This document shows positions 9,400 to 19,350 of a stretch of 64,000 nucleotides of DNA, one piece after another (the first letter of the stretch is position 1; each line of letters starts with the position of its first letter). The translations under genes were made by a program, and so were the position numbers. The notes under the pieces were generated by a model. That model ran no database searches. It worked only from the letters and a program-made list of their open reading frames with translations, and was not told where the DNA came from. Location: NCBI GenBank assembly GCA_965221905.1, contig OZ244922.1, forward strand, positions 1,088,001 to 1,152,000. Reading direction: 5' to 3'. The DNA comes from Chloroflexota bacterium (lineage in GTDB: Bacteria; Chloroflexota; UBA11872; VXOZ01).

Positions 9400-10683
9400 A
9401 TGCTTACACGTCGAGCCTTAATGGCGAGTACAGCGGCGCTGGCGGCCGGATGTAGCTCCATCGAGAGCGCGTTTGACGTGCCGAGCCAGCCTCAGGTTGT
9501 CGATCTAACCTGGGCATCTGAGTCGTTTAGCGGATTGATCGAACAGGGATATGGTTCACGTGGTCTAAGGCCAACGCTCCAGCAAATTGTGGCGGCGTTG
9601 ACAGAAGATAGTGAGAACCCCAACGGTCCCATCCAGGGGCGTTACACCTTGACGCCGCGCTTCATACGTTCACAGGAGGCGAATCCCCCTCCGAGAGACG
9701 TAGAAGAGCTATTGGAGTGGTATGGCAGCCTTGAGGTGGACCTCTTATCTGTACACCCCTTTCTAGCGCAGATGCTAGGAGAGCGGGGTGTGATACTGCC
9801 GTTGGACCAGTTCTTCGCTGCCGATGGGCCGGAATTCAGTGAAGCATTCTACCCTTTTCTATTCGATCATTTCCGGTCGGACGCGGGACTGTTTGCTCTA
9901 CCGGTTGACGCGAGTCCAACCATGGTGCAATACGACCCGAAATACTTCGAGGAGTCGGGTGTGCCGCCTGTGGATAGTAGCTGGGACTGGGATGACTTAG
10001 TGGAAAACGCGTTGAAGCTGACACAGCGGGACGACGACGGCGAGGTGCGGCGATGGGGACTGGTAACGCAGCACCATGGAAACTGGTGGGCTCTGTGGCA
10101 AAACGGCGCGGACGTGGCCGAAATAACGACGAAGCAGTGCCGGCTGCAAGAGCCGGCGGCAATTGAAGCCCTGCAGTTCTGTTACGACCTGATGCACGTG
10201 CAGCGAGTTACGCCACCTATTACAAGCACAGATGGGTGGCAAGTGTTTAGATCACAATCGAGATCATGGCCGGCTATGTACTATACGTCTAATGACGGAA
10301 GTTGGAATTCCGAGTACCGATGGGCCGCGTTGCCGCAGGGCAAAGTTCACAGTGTACCGGTCATAGCTGACATGGGAATCGCAATTACTGCGCAGGCGAA
10401 GAACACCGAGGCGGCTTACACGGCGCTCAAGGGTTTGTTAGACGTTATGCAGAGGTTTGTAAACGTGCCAGCGCAAAAAGAGGCGGTCGCCCGAATGGGC
10501 GACTTTCGCAAGACGCTGCTACCCGCAGAGATCGCGGCGTTTCAGCAATCTATGGAACATGGCCGTGCAATCCCACTGAAGGCTACGATGTGGCGCGCTA
10601 TGTTTGCCATCGAGGAAGGCCTCGCGCGGGGTGACGATGTTGTCACGATTGTGAACCAGGCCTGCTCGCTGGTAGAAGCGTAG
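9400..10683 (+). CDS. Tat-lipoprotein extracellular solute-binding protein, family 1 (array copy 2)
   Basis: MLTRRALMASTAALAAGC (twin-Arg plus lipobox), LFALPV...Y..., WDWDDL and KNTEAAY motifs. AGGAGG RBS. Confidence 0.9.
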   Translation: MLTRRALMASTAALAAGCSSIESAFDVPSQPQVVDLTWASESFSGLIEQGYGSRGLRPTLQQIVAALTEDSENPNGPIQGRYTLTPRFIRSQEANPPPRDVEELLEWYGSLEVDLLSVHPFLAQMLGERGVILPLDQFFAADGPEFSEAFYPFLFDHFRSDAGLFALPVDASPTMVQYDPKYFEESGVPPVDSSWDWDDLVENALKLTQRDDDGEVRRWGLVTQHHGNWWALWQNGADVAEITTKQCRLQEPAAIEALQFCYDLMHVQRVTPPITSTDGWQVFRSQSRSWPAMYYTSNDGSWNSEYRWAALPQGKVHSVPVIADMGIAITAQAKNTEAAYTALKGLLDVMQRFVNVPAQKEAVARMGDFRKTLLPAEIAAFQQSMEHGRAIPLKATMWRAMFAIEEGLARGDDVVTIVNQACSLVEA

Positions 10684-10739
10684 CGACAGCTCCCAGCACG
10701 AGCGCGCTTGGAGGACAAGTGCCCGTATGGCTCATATCT

Positions 10740-10772
10740 CTCTCTCCACGTGGGAGAGGGTCGGGGTGAGGG
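10740..10772. repeat. REP-like element, family C (CCCTCTCC..GTGGGAGAGGG..GGGGTGAGGG)
   Basis: Copies at 12250-12282 and a degenerate one at 13872-13903, each downstream of an SBP gene. Confidence 0.75.
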
Positions 10773-10909
10773 TAGACCTCTCTCTTGGTGGTCCTCGCGA
10801 GTGAAACCTTGCCTGGCACTATCGTATCCATCAGGAAGTGGAACGAAAAAGGGCGGAATTCGAGCCTCGTAGTCGGAAGACGATAGTCGGCACTGAAAGG
10901 ACCGGGGCC

Positions 10910-12193
10910 ATGCTTACACGCCGAGCATTGATGGCGGGCACAGCGGCGCTAGCGGCCGGGTGCAGTTCCCTTAAATCTTCGTTTTCTCCGCCAGCTCTGC
11001 CCAAGGCCGAAGAGCTAACGTGGGGCGCGTTTAACTTTAGTGCTTTACTTGGACGAGGACCAGAACGAACAAATCCTCAGACAAGGATTGTGCAAATTGC
11101 TTCGGCATTGGAAGAGGATACGGAAAACCCCAACGGTCCCCTAAAGGGACGCTACGCGCTTACTCCAAAGTACATACGCATGGAGGACGTAGAACCTCAG
11201 CCGAAGAGTTTGGATGAATATTTGGCATGGTTTGTCAGCCTTGAGGTCGATCTCATTACCGTCGGGCCTCGCCTGGCACAGATTTTGGGAGAGCGAGGGA
11301 TAATCTTGCCCTTGGACCCGCTTATCGCTGCCGACGAACCGGGCCTCGCAGAGGCATTCTTTCCATACCTGCTCGATCACCTTCGATCGGACGAGGGGCT
11401 CTTTGCGCTGCCGGTAGACGCGAACCCAGTGATGCTACTCTATCATCCGGCGTACTTTGCGGAACGGGGTGTTCGGCTGGTGAACGAGAATTGGGACTGG
11501 GACGATCTGAAAGAGAGCGCGATAAAGCTGACGCAACGCGATGAAGAAGGTGAGGTGCAGCGCTGGGGACTGGCATTGATGTCCTATGGATACTGGTGGG
11601 CACTATGGCAGAATGAAGCCGATTTGGCGGACCCAGCGACGCTGCGGTGCCTGCTGCAGGAGCCGGCAGCCGCGGAGGCCTTACAGTTCTGCCATGACCT
11701 CATACACAAACATCGAGTCGCTCCTCCGGTGACGAGTATGGATTCGTGGCGTCTCATCGAGTCGTCGTCAGGGATGGTTCCGGCCATGGAGTACAGTGAA
11801 TACCAGAATCGTTGGGCTCTAGATCATCGCTGGGCAGAGATACCCCAAGGCAAGGTGCGCAGTGTGCCGGTGTCTGGCGACATGGGCATAGCCATCATGG
11901 CGCGCACGGAGAACACCGAGGCTGCCTACACGGCGCTAAAGGGTCTCGTGAACGTGATGCAGCGGTTCGTGCCGGTTCCAGCGCAAAAGGAAGCAGTCGG
12001 CCGGCTGGGAGACTACCGTAAGGTTCTGCATCCGAAAGAGATCGCGGCCATTCAGACATCAATGGAACATGGTCGTGGCATGCCGCTGGATCAAGCGGTG
12101 CGGGGCGCCATGCAAGCTATCGAGGAGGGCATCGTCCGGGGGGATGACGTCCTCACCGTGGTCAACGAGGCCTGCACTCTGGTGGAGGCGTAG
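10910..12193 (+). CDS. Tat-lipoprotein SBP family 1 (array copy 3)
   Basis: MLTRRALMAGTAALAAGC, clear paralog of copy 2. Confidence 0.9.
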   Translation: MLTRRALMAGTAALAAGCSSLKSSFSPPALPKAEELTWGAFNFSALLGRGPERTNPQTRIVQIASALEEDTENPNGPLKGRYALTPKYIRMEDVEPQPKSLDEYLAWFVSLEVDLITVGPRLAQILGERGIILPLDPLIAADEPGLAEAFFPYLLDHLRSDEGLFALPVDANPVMLLYHPAYFAERGVRLVNENWDWDDLKESAIKLTQRDEEGEVQRWGLALMSYGYWWALWQNEADLADPATLRCLLQEPAAAEALQFCHDLIHKHRVAPPVTSMDSWRLIESSSGMVPAMEYSEYQNRWALDHRWAEIPQGKVRSVPVSGDMGIAIMARTENTEAAYTALKGLVNVMQRFVPVPAQKEAVGRLGDYRKVLHPKEIAAIQTSMEHGRGMPLDQAVRGAMQAIEEGIVRGDDVLTVVNEACTLVEA

Positions 12194-12249
12194 CAACAGG
12201 CCTGACCACAGGCGCGCTTGAAAGGCAGGTACGCGAACAACTTATAGCT

Positions 12250-12354
12250 CCCTCTCCTCGTGGGAGAGGGCCGGGGTGAGGGCTTGACTCCCGGGTGGGA
12301 TTCTCTCTGAATTGCCTGGTAGCCGAATGCCCGCAGGTTGCAAACCTGCGCTAC
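12250..12354. repeat. Family C REP (12250-12282) plus GTAG-type REP (12332-12354)
   Basis: Matches 10740-10772 and 2077-2099 respectively. Confidence 0.75.
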
Positions 12355-12543
12355 CGAAAGAGAGCGCCCATTATGCAAATGTCACCTGCATTGCAGTGGT
12401 TCGATTGCAGGAGGCGTACCCTTACTGCGTAGGACCAGACGTGCACACCGAGCGAAGCCGCAACTACACGCCAAATAGGATGAGCTTCTAGGGAGCAACT
12501 TCGTAGCATTGTGTTCCTAGGCCGTTCCACAAGGAGTAGAAAG

Positions 12544-13830
12544 ATGCTTTCACGCCGAGCATTGATGGCGGGCACGGCTGCGTTGGCGGCCGGCTGTGGC
12601 TTTCTCGAAAGTCCGATTGTTGCACCTGGCCTACGTAAGAGAATCGAGTTGTCTTGGGCATCGCGGTGGTTCAGCGCTCATTATAGGGAGATTGGAGAAC
12701 TAAGAGACTTGGAGGTAACACATCAGAGGATAGTAGCGGCGCTGGAGGAGGACAAGGAGAATCCTAACGGACCTGTGAGAGCGCGCTACACCCTTATGCC
12801 TCACTTCATACGGATGCAGGACGTAGAGCCCCGTCCTCAGTGCAGGGAGGAGCAAGTGGCGTGGTATGGCGGCCTCCAAGTCGACCTCTTGACCGTAAAC
12901 TCGGTTCTAGCGCCGCTGCTGGCGCAACGGGGTGTGATACTGCCCCTGGACCGGTTCATCGCGGCCGACGATCCCCACTCTTCGGAGGCATTCTACCCGT
13001 ACGTACTCGATGTCTTTCGTTCGGAAGGCGGACTGCTTGCTCTGCCGGTGGATGCAGCCCCCCAGATGATCCACTTCAATCCTCTCTTCTTTGAGGCGCG
13101 GGACGTTTCTCCCTTGGACAATAACTGGACGTGGCGTGACCTCGTCGAAATTGCGGAGAAGCTGACGCGGCGGGACGAAAACGGAGAGGTGAAACGCTGG
13201 GGCTTAATGACCCAGCATCTTGGCTACTGGTGGGCGCTGTGGCAAAACGAGGCCGACGTGGCTGACCCACAAACGAAGCAGTGCCGCCTTCAGGAGAAGG
13301 CGGCTGCTGAAGCGCTCCAATTCTGCCGCGACTTGATGCACGTCCATCGTGTATCTCCGTTGGCTACAAGCAGAAACGTGGGGCGGTTGCTCCGTGAACT
13401 ATTCCCCTTCTGGACCCCGATGTTCTTTAGCTCTTATCGAGGAACGAGGAGTTCTGAGTTCCGCTGGGCGGCGCTGCCTCGGGGCAGAGTGCACAGCGTG
13501 CCGGTTTCTGTAGATACGGGCATTGCGATTCACGCGCGGTCTCAGAATCCGGAGCTGGCGTACACGGCGCTGAAGGGTCTTGTTGGCAAAATGCAGCAGT
13601 TCGTGACTGTACCCGCGCAGAAAGAGGCGGTCGCGCGACTTGGTGACTTCCGCAAGACACTGCTTCCCGCAGAGGTGGAGGCATTTCAGCAATCAATGGA
13701 ATTTGGACGCGCCTTGCCGCAGGACCGATCATTGTGGCGCGCCATGAACGTCATCGAGGAGGAACTCGTGCACGGCGAAGTGTCGAGCGCGGTGAACGCT
13801 GCCTGCGCCATTCTAAGGGGTAGTGGCTGA
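12544..13830 (+). CDS. Tat-lipoprotein SBP family 1 (array copy 4)
   Basis: MLSRRALMAGTAALAAGC, paralog. AAGGAG RBS. Confidence 0.9.
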   Translation: MLSRRALMAGTAALAAGCGFLESPIVAPGLRKRIELSWASRWFSAHYREIGELRDLEVTHQRIVAALEEDKENPNGPVRARYTLMPHFIRMQDVEPRPQCREEQVAWYGGLQVDLLTVNSVLAPLLAQRGVILPLDRFIAADDPHSSEAFYPYVLDVFRSEGGLLALPVDAAPQMIHFNPLFFEARDVSPLDNNWTWRDLVEIAEKLTRRDENGEVKRWGLMTQHLGYWWALWQNEADVADPQTKQCRLQEKAAAEALQFCRDLMHVHRVSPLATSRNVGRLLRELFPFWTPMFFSSYRGTRSSEFRWAALPRGRVHSVPVSVDTGIAIHARSQNPELAYTALKGLVGKMQQFVTVPAQKEAVARLGDFRKTLLPAEVEAFQQSMEFGRALPQDRSLWRAMNVIEEELVHGEVSSAVNAACAILRGSG

Positions 13831-13956
13831 GGGGGAATCCCATGCGCGGGAAAACGAGGCGACTCAATGCTCCCTCTCCTGCGGGAGGAGGCTGGCGTGA
13901 AGGTTGGACTCTGTGGGGGTGAACACGGCTGGGGACACTTTGAAGGGTGCGAAAAG

Positions 13957-15243
13957 ATGATTTCACGTCGCGCATTGATAGCGGGTACAGCGGCGCTGGC
14001 AGGCGCTTGCGGTCCGTTCAGGTCTTCGCCCGATCTGCCCGGCGGGCCGGATGCGGCTGCGCTCACGTGGTATACGTTCTCATTTTCTGGGCTCTTTGAT
14101 CGAAGTGAAGTGTTGGAAGGCCCGCAGGAGAGACTCCCAAAGATAATAGCCGCATTGGAGGAGGACGTAGAAAACCCCAACGGTCCCGCCCGCGGGCGCT
14201 ACACCCTGTCGCCGCGTCTCATAGGCCGCGACGATTATCCGGACCCCCCACCCAAGAACGATGATGAGTTTGCGGAGTGGATCGGCGGCATCGATACGGA
14301 TATCTTATCTATCAGTCCCAGTATGGCGGAGTCATTAGGGAAGCGTGGCGTGATACTGCCTTTGGACCGGTTCATCGCGGCCGACGATCAGGGCCTCACC
14401 GAGACATTCTACCCGTACGTGCTCGATCAATTTCGGGGCGAGGGCGGGCTTTTCGCTCTGCCCTTAAATGCGGACCCGCTCATGCTCTACTACAATCCCT
14501 TGTACTTTGCGGCGGAAGGGATGCCGCCACCGGATGAGAGTTGGGACTGGGACGACCTGGTAGAGAATGCGGTGAAGATGACGCGGCGCGACGCAGACGG
14601 CACGGTGACGCGCTGGGGGCTCGTGCCGCACTTTGGCGGCTTTTGGTGGGCGTTGTGGCAGAACGATGCGGAGGTGATCGATCCCGTGACGGGGCGGTGC
14701 CGGTTGCAGGAGCCGGCCGCCACAGAGGCCTTGCGCTTTTGTCACGACCTGCTGCACACCCATCGCGTCGCTCCGTCTTTGGGAGGAAGAGAGATGCGGG
14801 AGCTTTTCAGCATGCCGGGCGATACGTTACCGGCCATGTTCTATGATCGGAGCACTGGGCTAGCGAGGCGCGAATACCAGTGGGCGGAGTTGCCGCGGGG
14901 CAAAGTGCGCAGCGTGCCGGTCTCGGCCAATATGGGTCTCGCCATTCATGCGCGGGCGGAACAGACGGAGGCGGCATACACCGCGCTCAAGGGTCTCCTC
15001 CATACGATGCAGCGCTTTGTCGGCGTGCCCGCGCAGATAGACGCGGTGGCGAGGCTGGGGGAGCTTCGGCCAAGTCTCCTACACGCTGAGGTCTTGGCGG
15101 CGCAGCGCTCCATGGAATATGGACGGGCGCTATCTCGGGACGAGCGGGCGTGGCACGCCATGCAGCACATCGTCGACGGCCTCGTGCGCGGAGACGAAGT
15201 GGCGACCGTCGTCAACGCGGCTTGTTCTGCAGTCGAAGAATAG
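13957..15243 (+). CDS. Tat-lipoprotein SBP family 1 (array copy 5)
   Basis: MISRRALIAGTAALAGAC, paralog. Confidence 0.9.
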   Translation: MISRRALIAGTAALAGACGPFRSSPDLPGGPDAAALTWYTFSFSGLFDRSEVLEGPQERLPKIIAALEEDVENPNGPARGRYTLSPRLIGRDDYPDPPPKNDDEFAEWIGGIDTDILSISPSMAESLGKRGVILPLDRFIAADDQGLTETFYPYVLDQFRGEGGLFALPLNADPLMLYYNPLYFAAEGMPPPDESWDWDDLVENAVKMTRRDADGTVTRWGLVPHFGGFWWALWQNDAEVIDPVTGRCRLQEPAATEALRFCHDLLHTHRVAPSLGGREMRELFSMPGDTLPAMFYDRSTGLARREYQWAELPRGKVRSVPVSANMGLAIHARAEQTEAAYTALKGLLHTMQRFVGVPAQIDAVARLGELRPSLLHAEVLAAQRSMEYGRALSRDERAWHAMQHIVDGLVRGDEVATVVNAACSAVEE

Positions 15244-15351
15244 CGCAAGACTTTAGGCGCAGCGCACCATTCGCGTGCCGACTGCGATTCTCTTGCGCAT
15301 TAGGCTAGTACGCGTTGCACCTTCCTCCACAGGAAACAAAGAAACGATCGA

Positions 15352-16947
15352 CTAGCCGCGTTCGGCGAAGACTGGTGCGAGCATGTTGTCTACGGGCGCG
15401 AAGCTATCGGTGAGAATGATGGCGGGGCGGCTAGCCACGTACTCCCGCAGGCGTGTGGGGTCCAATATTGTGCTCACCGGCCCATCCGGCAGCAAGCCGC
15501 CCACCTCGTTATGCAGCATTGCCTCAGAGAGCGGCTGCTTCCCTGCTACCAACACAAAGGTATTGCGGCCGTCCTGTTCCCAGCCGGGCCCGTCGGCCAG
15601 CAGATACACGTGCGGGAACACCTGCTCCAGGGTCAAAATTAGCGACGGTAGAAAGACTCCGTGCTTGAACGTATCCACCACGTTTAGCATGTAGTAGCCG
15701 TCGGCGGTCAGGAGATCGTGCACTATCTCGGCAAATTCTCGGGTAGTCAGATGGTAGGGCACGGAGAGGTCGTTGAACGCGTCGCCGATGATGGCATCGT
15801 ACTGTCCGGCCTCCAGGCGTTTCACCACCAGGCGCGCGTCCTCGTTATAGGTCTTGACGCGCGTGTCGCGAGGGAGCCCCATTCTCGCGTGGGCCATTTC
15901 AGTGACTGCCGGATCGATCTCCGCCACCTCGATCTTGGCGTCAGGGTAGACCACTTCCAGGTAGCGGGGGAAGGTGTAGCCGCCACCCCCAATGGAGAAG
16001 GTGCGTATGTCAGCACGGTCGCCGGCGACGTACTTCACAAGCTCAGCATATATCTTTACATAATCATAGTCTAGGCGGGTGGGGTCTTCCAGAATGCTGT
16101 AGCTGTGGATGAGATGATCGAGCACGAGGCGGCGTTGGGTGACATTCTCTTCCAGCTTGCGTTCTGTCACACGTATGCAGAAGTAGTTGGTTTCCACGTT
16201 GCAGGGCGCGGCGAACGCACCGCGCGGTTGCAGCGCCAAGGCGTCTTGCGCCAGATGCCGGACATAGTTGAAACCTAAGGGCAGATTGTATGCGTTGCGG
16301 CCGTAGCTATAGACGCTCAGCCCAACGAGAATGAGGACCCCGCCCCCCAGCAACAGTCGGCGGTTCCAGAGGTTGCCGAAGATCACGGCCACCAGCAGGA
16401 GAAGCAACGCTACCAGCAGGATAATCGTGCGCGTGCCGAACCACGACACCAGGAAGAAGCCGGTGGCGAAGGTTCCGGCAATGGCGCCGACCGTCGAGAG
16501 GGCGTAAATGCGTCCTACCACGCCGCCGGAGTGGTCCAGATCTTCCAACGTAAGCCTGACGACAACCGGCGTGATGGTGCCCATGAAAAGGCTGGGCAAG
16601 AAGAAAACGGTTGTGGTAAAGAAGAGGATCTTGAGCATGAGGTGCACGGGCAGGTCTTGCGCAATACCGGAGATAATGGCCGTCATAGGCAAGATGGTCA
16701 GGGTGAAGATGCTGGAAACGAGGAACAGAATACCCAGGGTGGAAACCGCCGGAAAGCGGTCGCCGATGCGCCCGCCGACGTAGTTCCCCAGGCTAATGCC
16801 GGCCAGCATGACTCCGATGACGCTGGTCCAGGTGTAAAGCGAGACCCCCAAATAAGGGGCGACCATTCGCCCCGCAGTGAGCTCGACGACCAGAGTACAG
16901 AAACTTGCTATGAAAACAATGATGCCCGCCCGCCAGGTTCCGCGCAT
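15352..16947 (-). CDS. Fused MFS-like membrane domain / spermidine synthase-like SAM-binding protein
   Basis: N-terminal TM helices (EL.AGR..APY.G.SLYTW), then IGGGGYT, EIDP.V, DAF and LTD.FAPVD motifs. Confidence 0.88.
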   Translation of the reverse strand: MRGTWRAGIIVFIASFCTLVVELTAGRMVAPYLGVSLYTWTSVIGVMLAGISLGNYVGGRIGDRFPAVSTLGILFLVSSIFTLTILPMTAIISGIAQDLPVHLMLKILFFTTTVFFLPSLFMGTITPVVVRLTLEDLDHSGGVVGRIYALSTVGAIAGTFATGFFLVSWFGTRTIILLVALLLLLVAVIFGNLWNRRLLLGGGVLILVGLSVYSYGRNAYNLPLGFNYVRHLAQDALALQPRGAFAAPCNVETNYFCIRVTERKLEENVTQRRLVLDHLIHSYSILEDPTRLDYDYVKIYAELVKYVAGDRADIRTFSIGGGGYTFPRYLEVVYPDAKIEVAEIDPAVTEMAHARMGLPRDTRVKTYNEDARLVVKRLEAGQYDAIIGDAFNDLSVPYHLTTREFAEIVHDLLTADGYYMLNVVDTFKHGVFLPSLILTLEQVFPHVYLLADGPGWEQDGRNTFVLVAGKQPLSEAMLHNEVGGLLPDGPVSTILDPTRLREYVASRPAIILTDSFAPVDNMLAPVFAERG

Positions 16948-17080
16948 GGAGTTGCCCTTTCGCTGCAGTGGTACGTGGTTCTTTTCGCTGTGTAGTGAGA
17001 GCGTCGCTGTGAAGAGCAGAATCGCATGATCCCACTAAGAGTTGTGTGGGAAGTTCTCAGCCAAGCGCCGTTCATGGTTC

Positions 17081-17200
17081 GACAAGCTCACCACGAACGG
17101 CAAGGACAAGCTCACCACGAACGGCAAGGAAAAGCTCACCACGAACGGCAAGGAAAAGCTCACCACGAACGGCAAGGAAAAGCTCACCACGAACGGCAAG
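17081..17200. repeat. 24-bp tandem repeat x5 (GA[C/A]AAGCTCACCACGAACGGCAAG) derived from a family E REP
   Basis: Units start at 17081, 17105, 17129, 17153 and 17177. Flanked by oppositely oriented family E elements at 17068-17100 and 17231-17263. Confidence 0.95.
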
Positions 17201-17389
17201 AAAGAAAAATCCCTCGGAAAAAGCCAGTATCCGTTCGTCCTGAGCCTGTCGAAGGATGAATGGATACTCTTTTCACACACCCTCTAAGGTACTATTGTAG
17301 CCGCCACCGTGCCCTGCTCGCATCCCCGCATGTGCTCGGCTACACTATGCTGAGTGGGGGTTCACGCAGTTGAGAGGAAATGGCACGGC

Positions 17390-18727
17390 ATGATGGGCAT
17401 TACGGCGCGACAACGTGAAGACATGATGACGGTGCTGGCGGCGGCCCTGAAAGCAGTAGACCCCGCGCAGGCGGTACGCAACTGCGTGCGTCGAGAGGAC
17501 ACGCGGTTAGCAGTTGGAGACCGCACGTACGACCTGGACTCTTATAGGCGCATACTCGTTGTGGGCGCGGGCAAAGCCAGCGGACCCATGGCGCAGGCGC
17601 TGGAAGAGATTCTTGGCGATCGCTTGGATGGCGGCGTGGTCAACGTCAAGGAGGGTTATGCCGTTGCTACGCAACGGATAGAGCTGATCGAGGCGGCACA
17701 CCCCGTGCCGGATCAGAATGGTTTGCGGGGCACCGAGCGCATTCTGCAGTTGGCGGCGGGGGCAGGTGAAGATGACCTTGTTTTTTGTCTAATTTCCGGC
17801 GGAGGTTCAGCGCTCATGGAGTTGCCGGCAGGGGAGATTACGCTGGACGATCTCCAGCAACTGACTGACCTGCTCCTGCGCAGCGGCGCCACCATCAACG
17901 AGGTGAATACGGTCCGCAAGCACATTTCCCAGGTCAAAGGCGGCGGGCTGGCGCGGGCGGCAGCGCCTGCCACACTGATCGCCCTCATCCTCTCCGACGT
18001 AGTTGGGAACCCGCTCGACTTCATTGCATCGGGTCCAACGGTGCCCGATACGACCACCTTCCAGGACGCATGGGACCTCTTGGGGAAGTTCGGCCTGCAG
18101 GACGCCATACCCCAGAGAGTGCGCGCGCAGCTTGAGCGCGGCCTCAGTGAATCCATACCGGAAACTCCCAAAGAAGGCGATCCGATCTTTGCGCGCACGG
18201 CCGGAATTCTGGTCGGCAGCAATGAAATCGCGGCCCGCGCTGCACTAGACGCAGCAACGAAATTGGGGTATAATTCACTCCTAGTCACCACTTGGGTGGA
18301 AGGGGAGGCGCGGGAAGTTGCCAAGGTGATGGCTGGAGTCGCCAAGGGTCTTATTCGCCACCACTCACCACTCCCTCCACCGGCGTGTCTCATTTTCGGC
18401 GGCGAAACTACGGTTACGGTGCGGGGTGAAGGCAAAGGCGGGCGTAATCAAGAGATGGCGCTTGCCGCATCACTCGCTCTCGATGGCTGGGAGGATGTTT
18501 CGGTGATGGCGGTAGGGACAGACGGCACCGACGGTCCAACCGACGCGGCCGGCGGCATAGCGGATGGCGCGGTACTCGCACGGGCGCGAGCGCTAGCTTT
18601 AGATCCGCTGTCATTCCTCACCCACAACGACTCCTACCACTTCTTGCAGCAGACTGATGCCCTCCTGGTCACCGGGCCGACGAACACTAATGTGAATGAC
18701 CTGGTCCTCGTCTACGCCTTTGGCTAG
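17390..18727 (+). CDS. Glycerate 2-kinase (MOFRL / TtuD family)
   Basis: GAGKA, HPVPD, LISGGGSAL, LSDVVG..L..IASGPT, GGETTV, GGRNQE and TGPT.TNVND motifs. Confidence 0.93.
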   Translation: MMGITARQREDMMTVLAAALKAVDPAQAVRNCVRREDTRLAVGDRTYDLDSYRRILVVGAGKASGPMAQALEEILGDRLDGGVVNVKEGYAVATQRIELIEAAHPVPDQNGLRGTERILQLAAGAGEDDLVFCLISGGGSALMELPAGEITLDDLQQLTDLLLRSGATINEVNTVRKHISQVKGGGLARAAAPATLIALILSDVVGNPLDFIASGPTVPDTTTFQDAWDLLGKFGLQDAIPQRVRAQLERGLSESIPETPKEGDPIFARTAGILVGSNEIAARAALDAATKLGYNSLLVTTWVEGEAREVAKVMAGVAKGLIRHHSPLPPPACLIFGGETTVTVRGEGKGGRNQEMALAASLALDGWEDVSVMAVGTDGTDGPTDAAGGIADGAVLARARALALDPLSFLTHNDSYHFLQQTDALLVTGPTNTNVNDLVLVYAFG

Positions 18728-18791
18728 GGCGATAGGATCGCTTCCTCGCTCGTTTTCCTTCCCAGATTTCCCTCCTCAATTCGTTCAGGCA

Positions 18792-19289
18792 ATGGCAGGT
18801 AGTCTCCGCATGAAACTGCAAGAAGAATCTCTTCCCCCGCTCGATACATCGCTCCTCCCTCGCGCTCCCGCACAACGCTGGCACTCAGTCGGCAGGCGCA
18901 GCGACTTGCGGCCGTTATCCCAAAGCCGCAGCCATCGGATGCTCTTGACCGTTTGTCTTGGGTTCGCAATTCTCCTGGTCGGTGGCGGCGGTGCAATGTG
19001 GTTCTTAAATCGAGATGACGCGTCCGGCGTTCGAGTACCTATCGCTCAGGACGGCGAGATTGTCCGTATTACACCCGAAGCGCCAGCTTCCAACAGTTCT
19101 TCTACTGCGAGCACGCCGGTAGTATCGGCTGCGCCCGAGTTTCATATCGTGCAACCGGGCGAAGTGCTAAGTACCATTGCGAGCAAGTATAATACGACTG
19201 TGGAGAACTTGGCTGAACTCAACGACATTGAGGATGTTGACGCGATCAGGGTTGGGCAACGTATACGTCTTGTGCCTGCAGAGCAATGA
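18792..19289 (+). CDS. Membrane-anchored LysM domain protein
   Basis: One TM helix, then HIVQPGEVLSTIASKYNTTVENLAELNDI....IRVGQRI (LysM). Confidence 0.88.
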   Translation: MAGSLRMKLQEESLPPLDTSLLPRAPAQRWHSVGRRSDLRPLSQSRSHRMLLTVCLGFAILLVGGGGAMWFLNRDDASGVRVPIAQDGEIVRITPEAPASNSSSTASTPVVSAAPEFHIVQPGEVLSTIASKYNTTVENLAELNDIEDVDAIRVGQRIRLVPAEQ

Positions 19290-19350
19290 AGCCGGAGCGA
19301 CGAGAATTGGCGCCAAGCATAGTATCTACCATGGCGTCCTCGCATTCGTA

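Noticed and set aside
17026-17287. Short ORFs with repeated peptides (AHHERQGK, LTTNGKEK, LPFVVSFS)
   Set aside because: These are artefacts of the 24-bp non-coding repeat being open in several frames.
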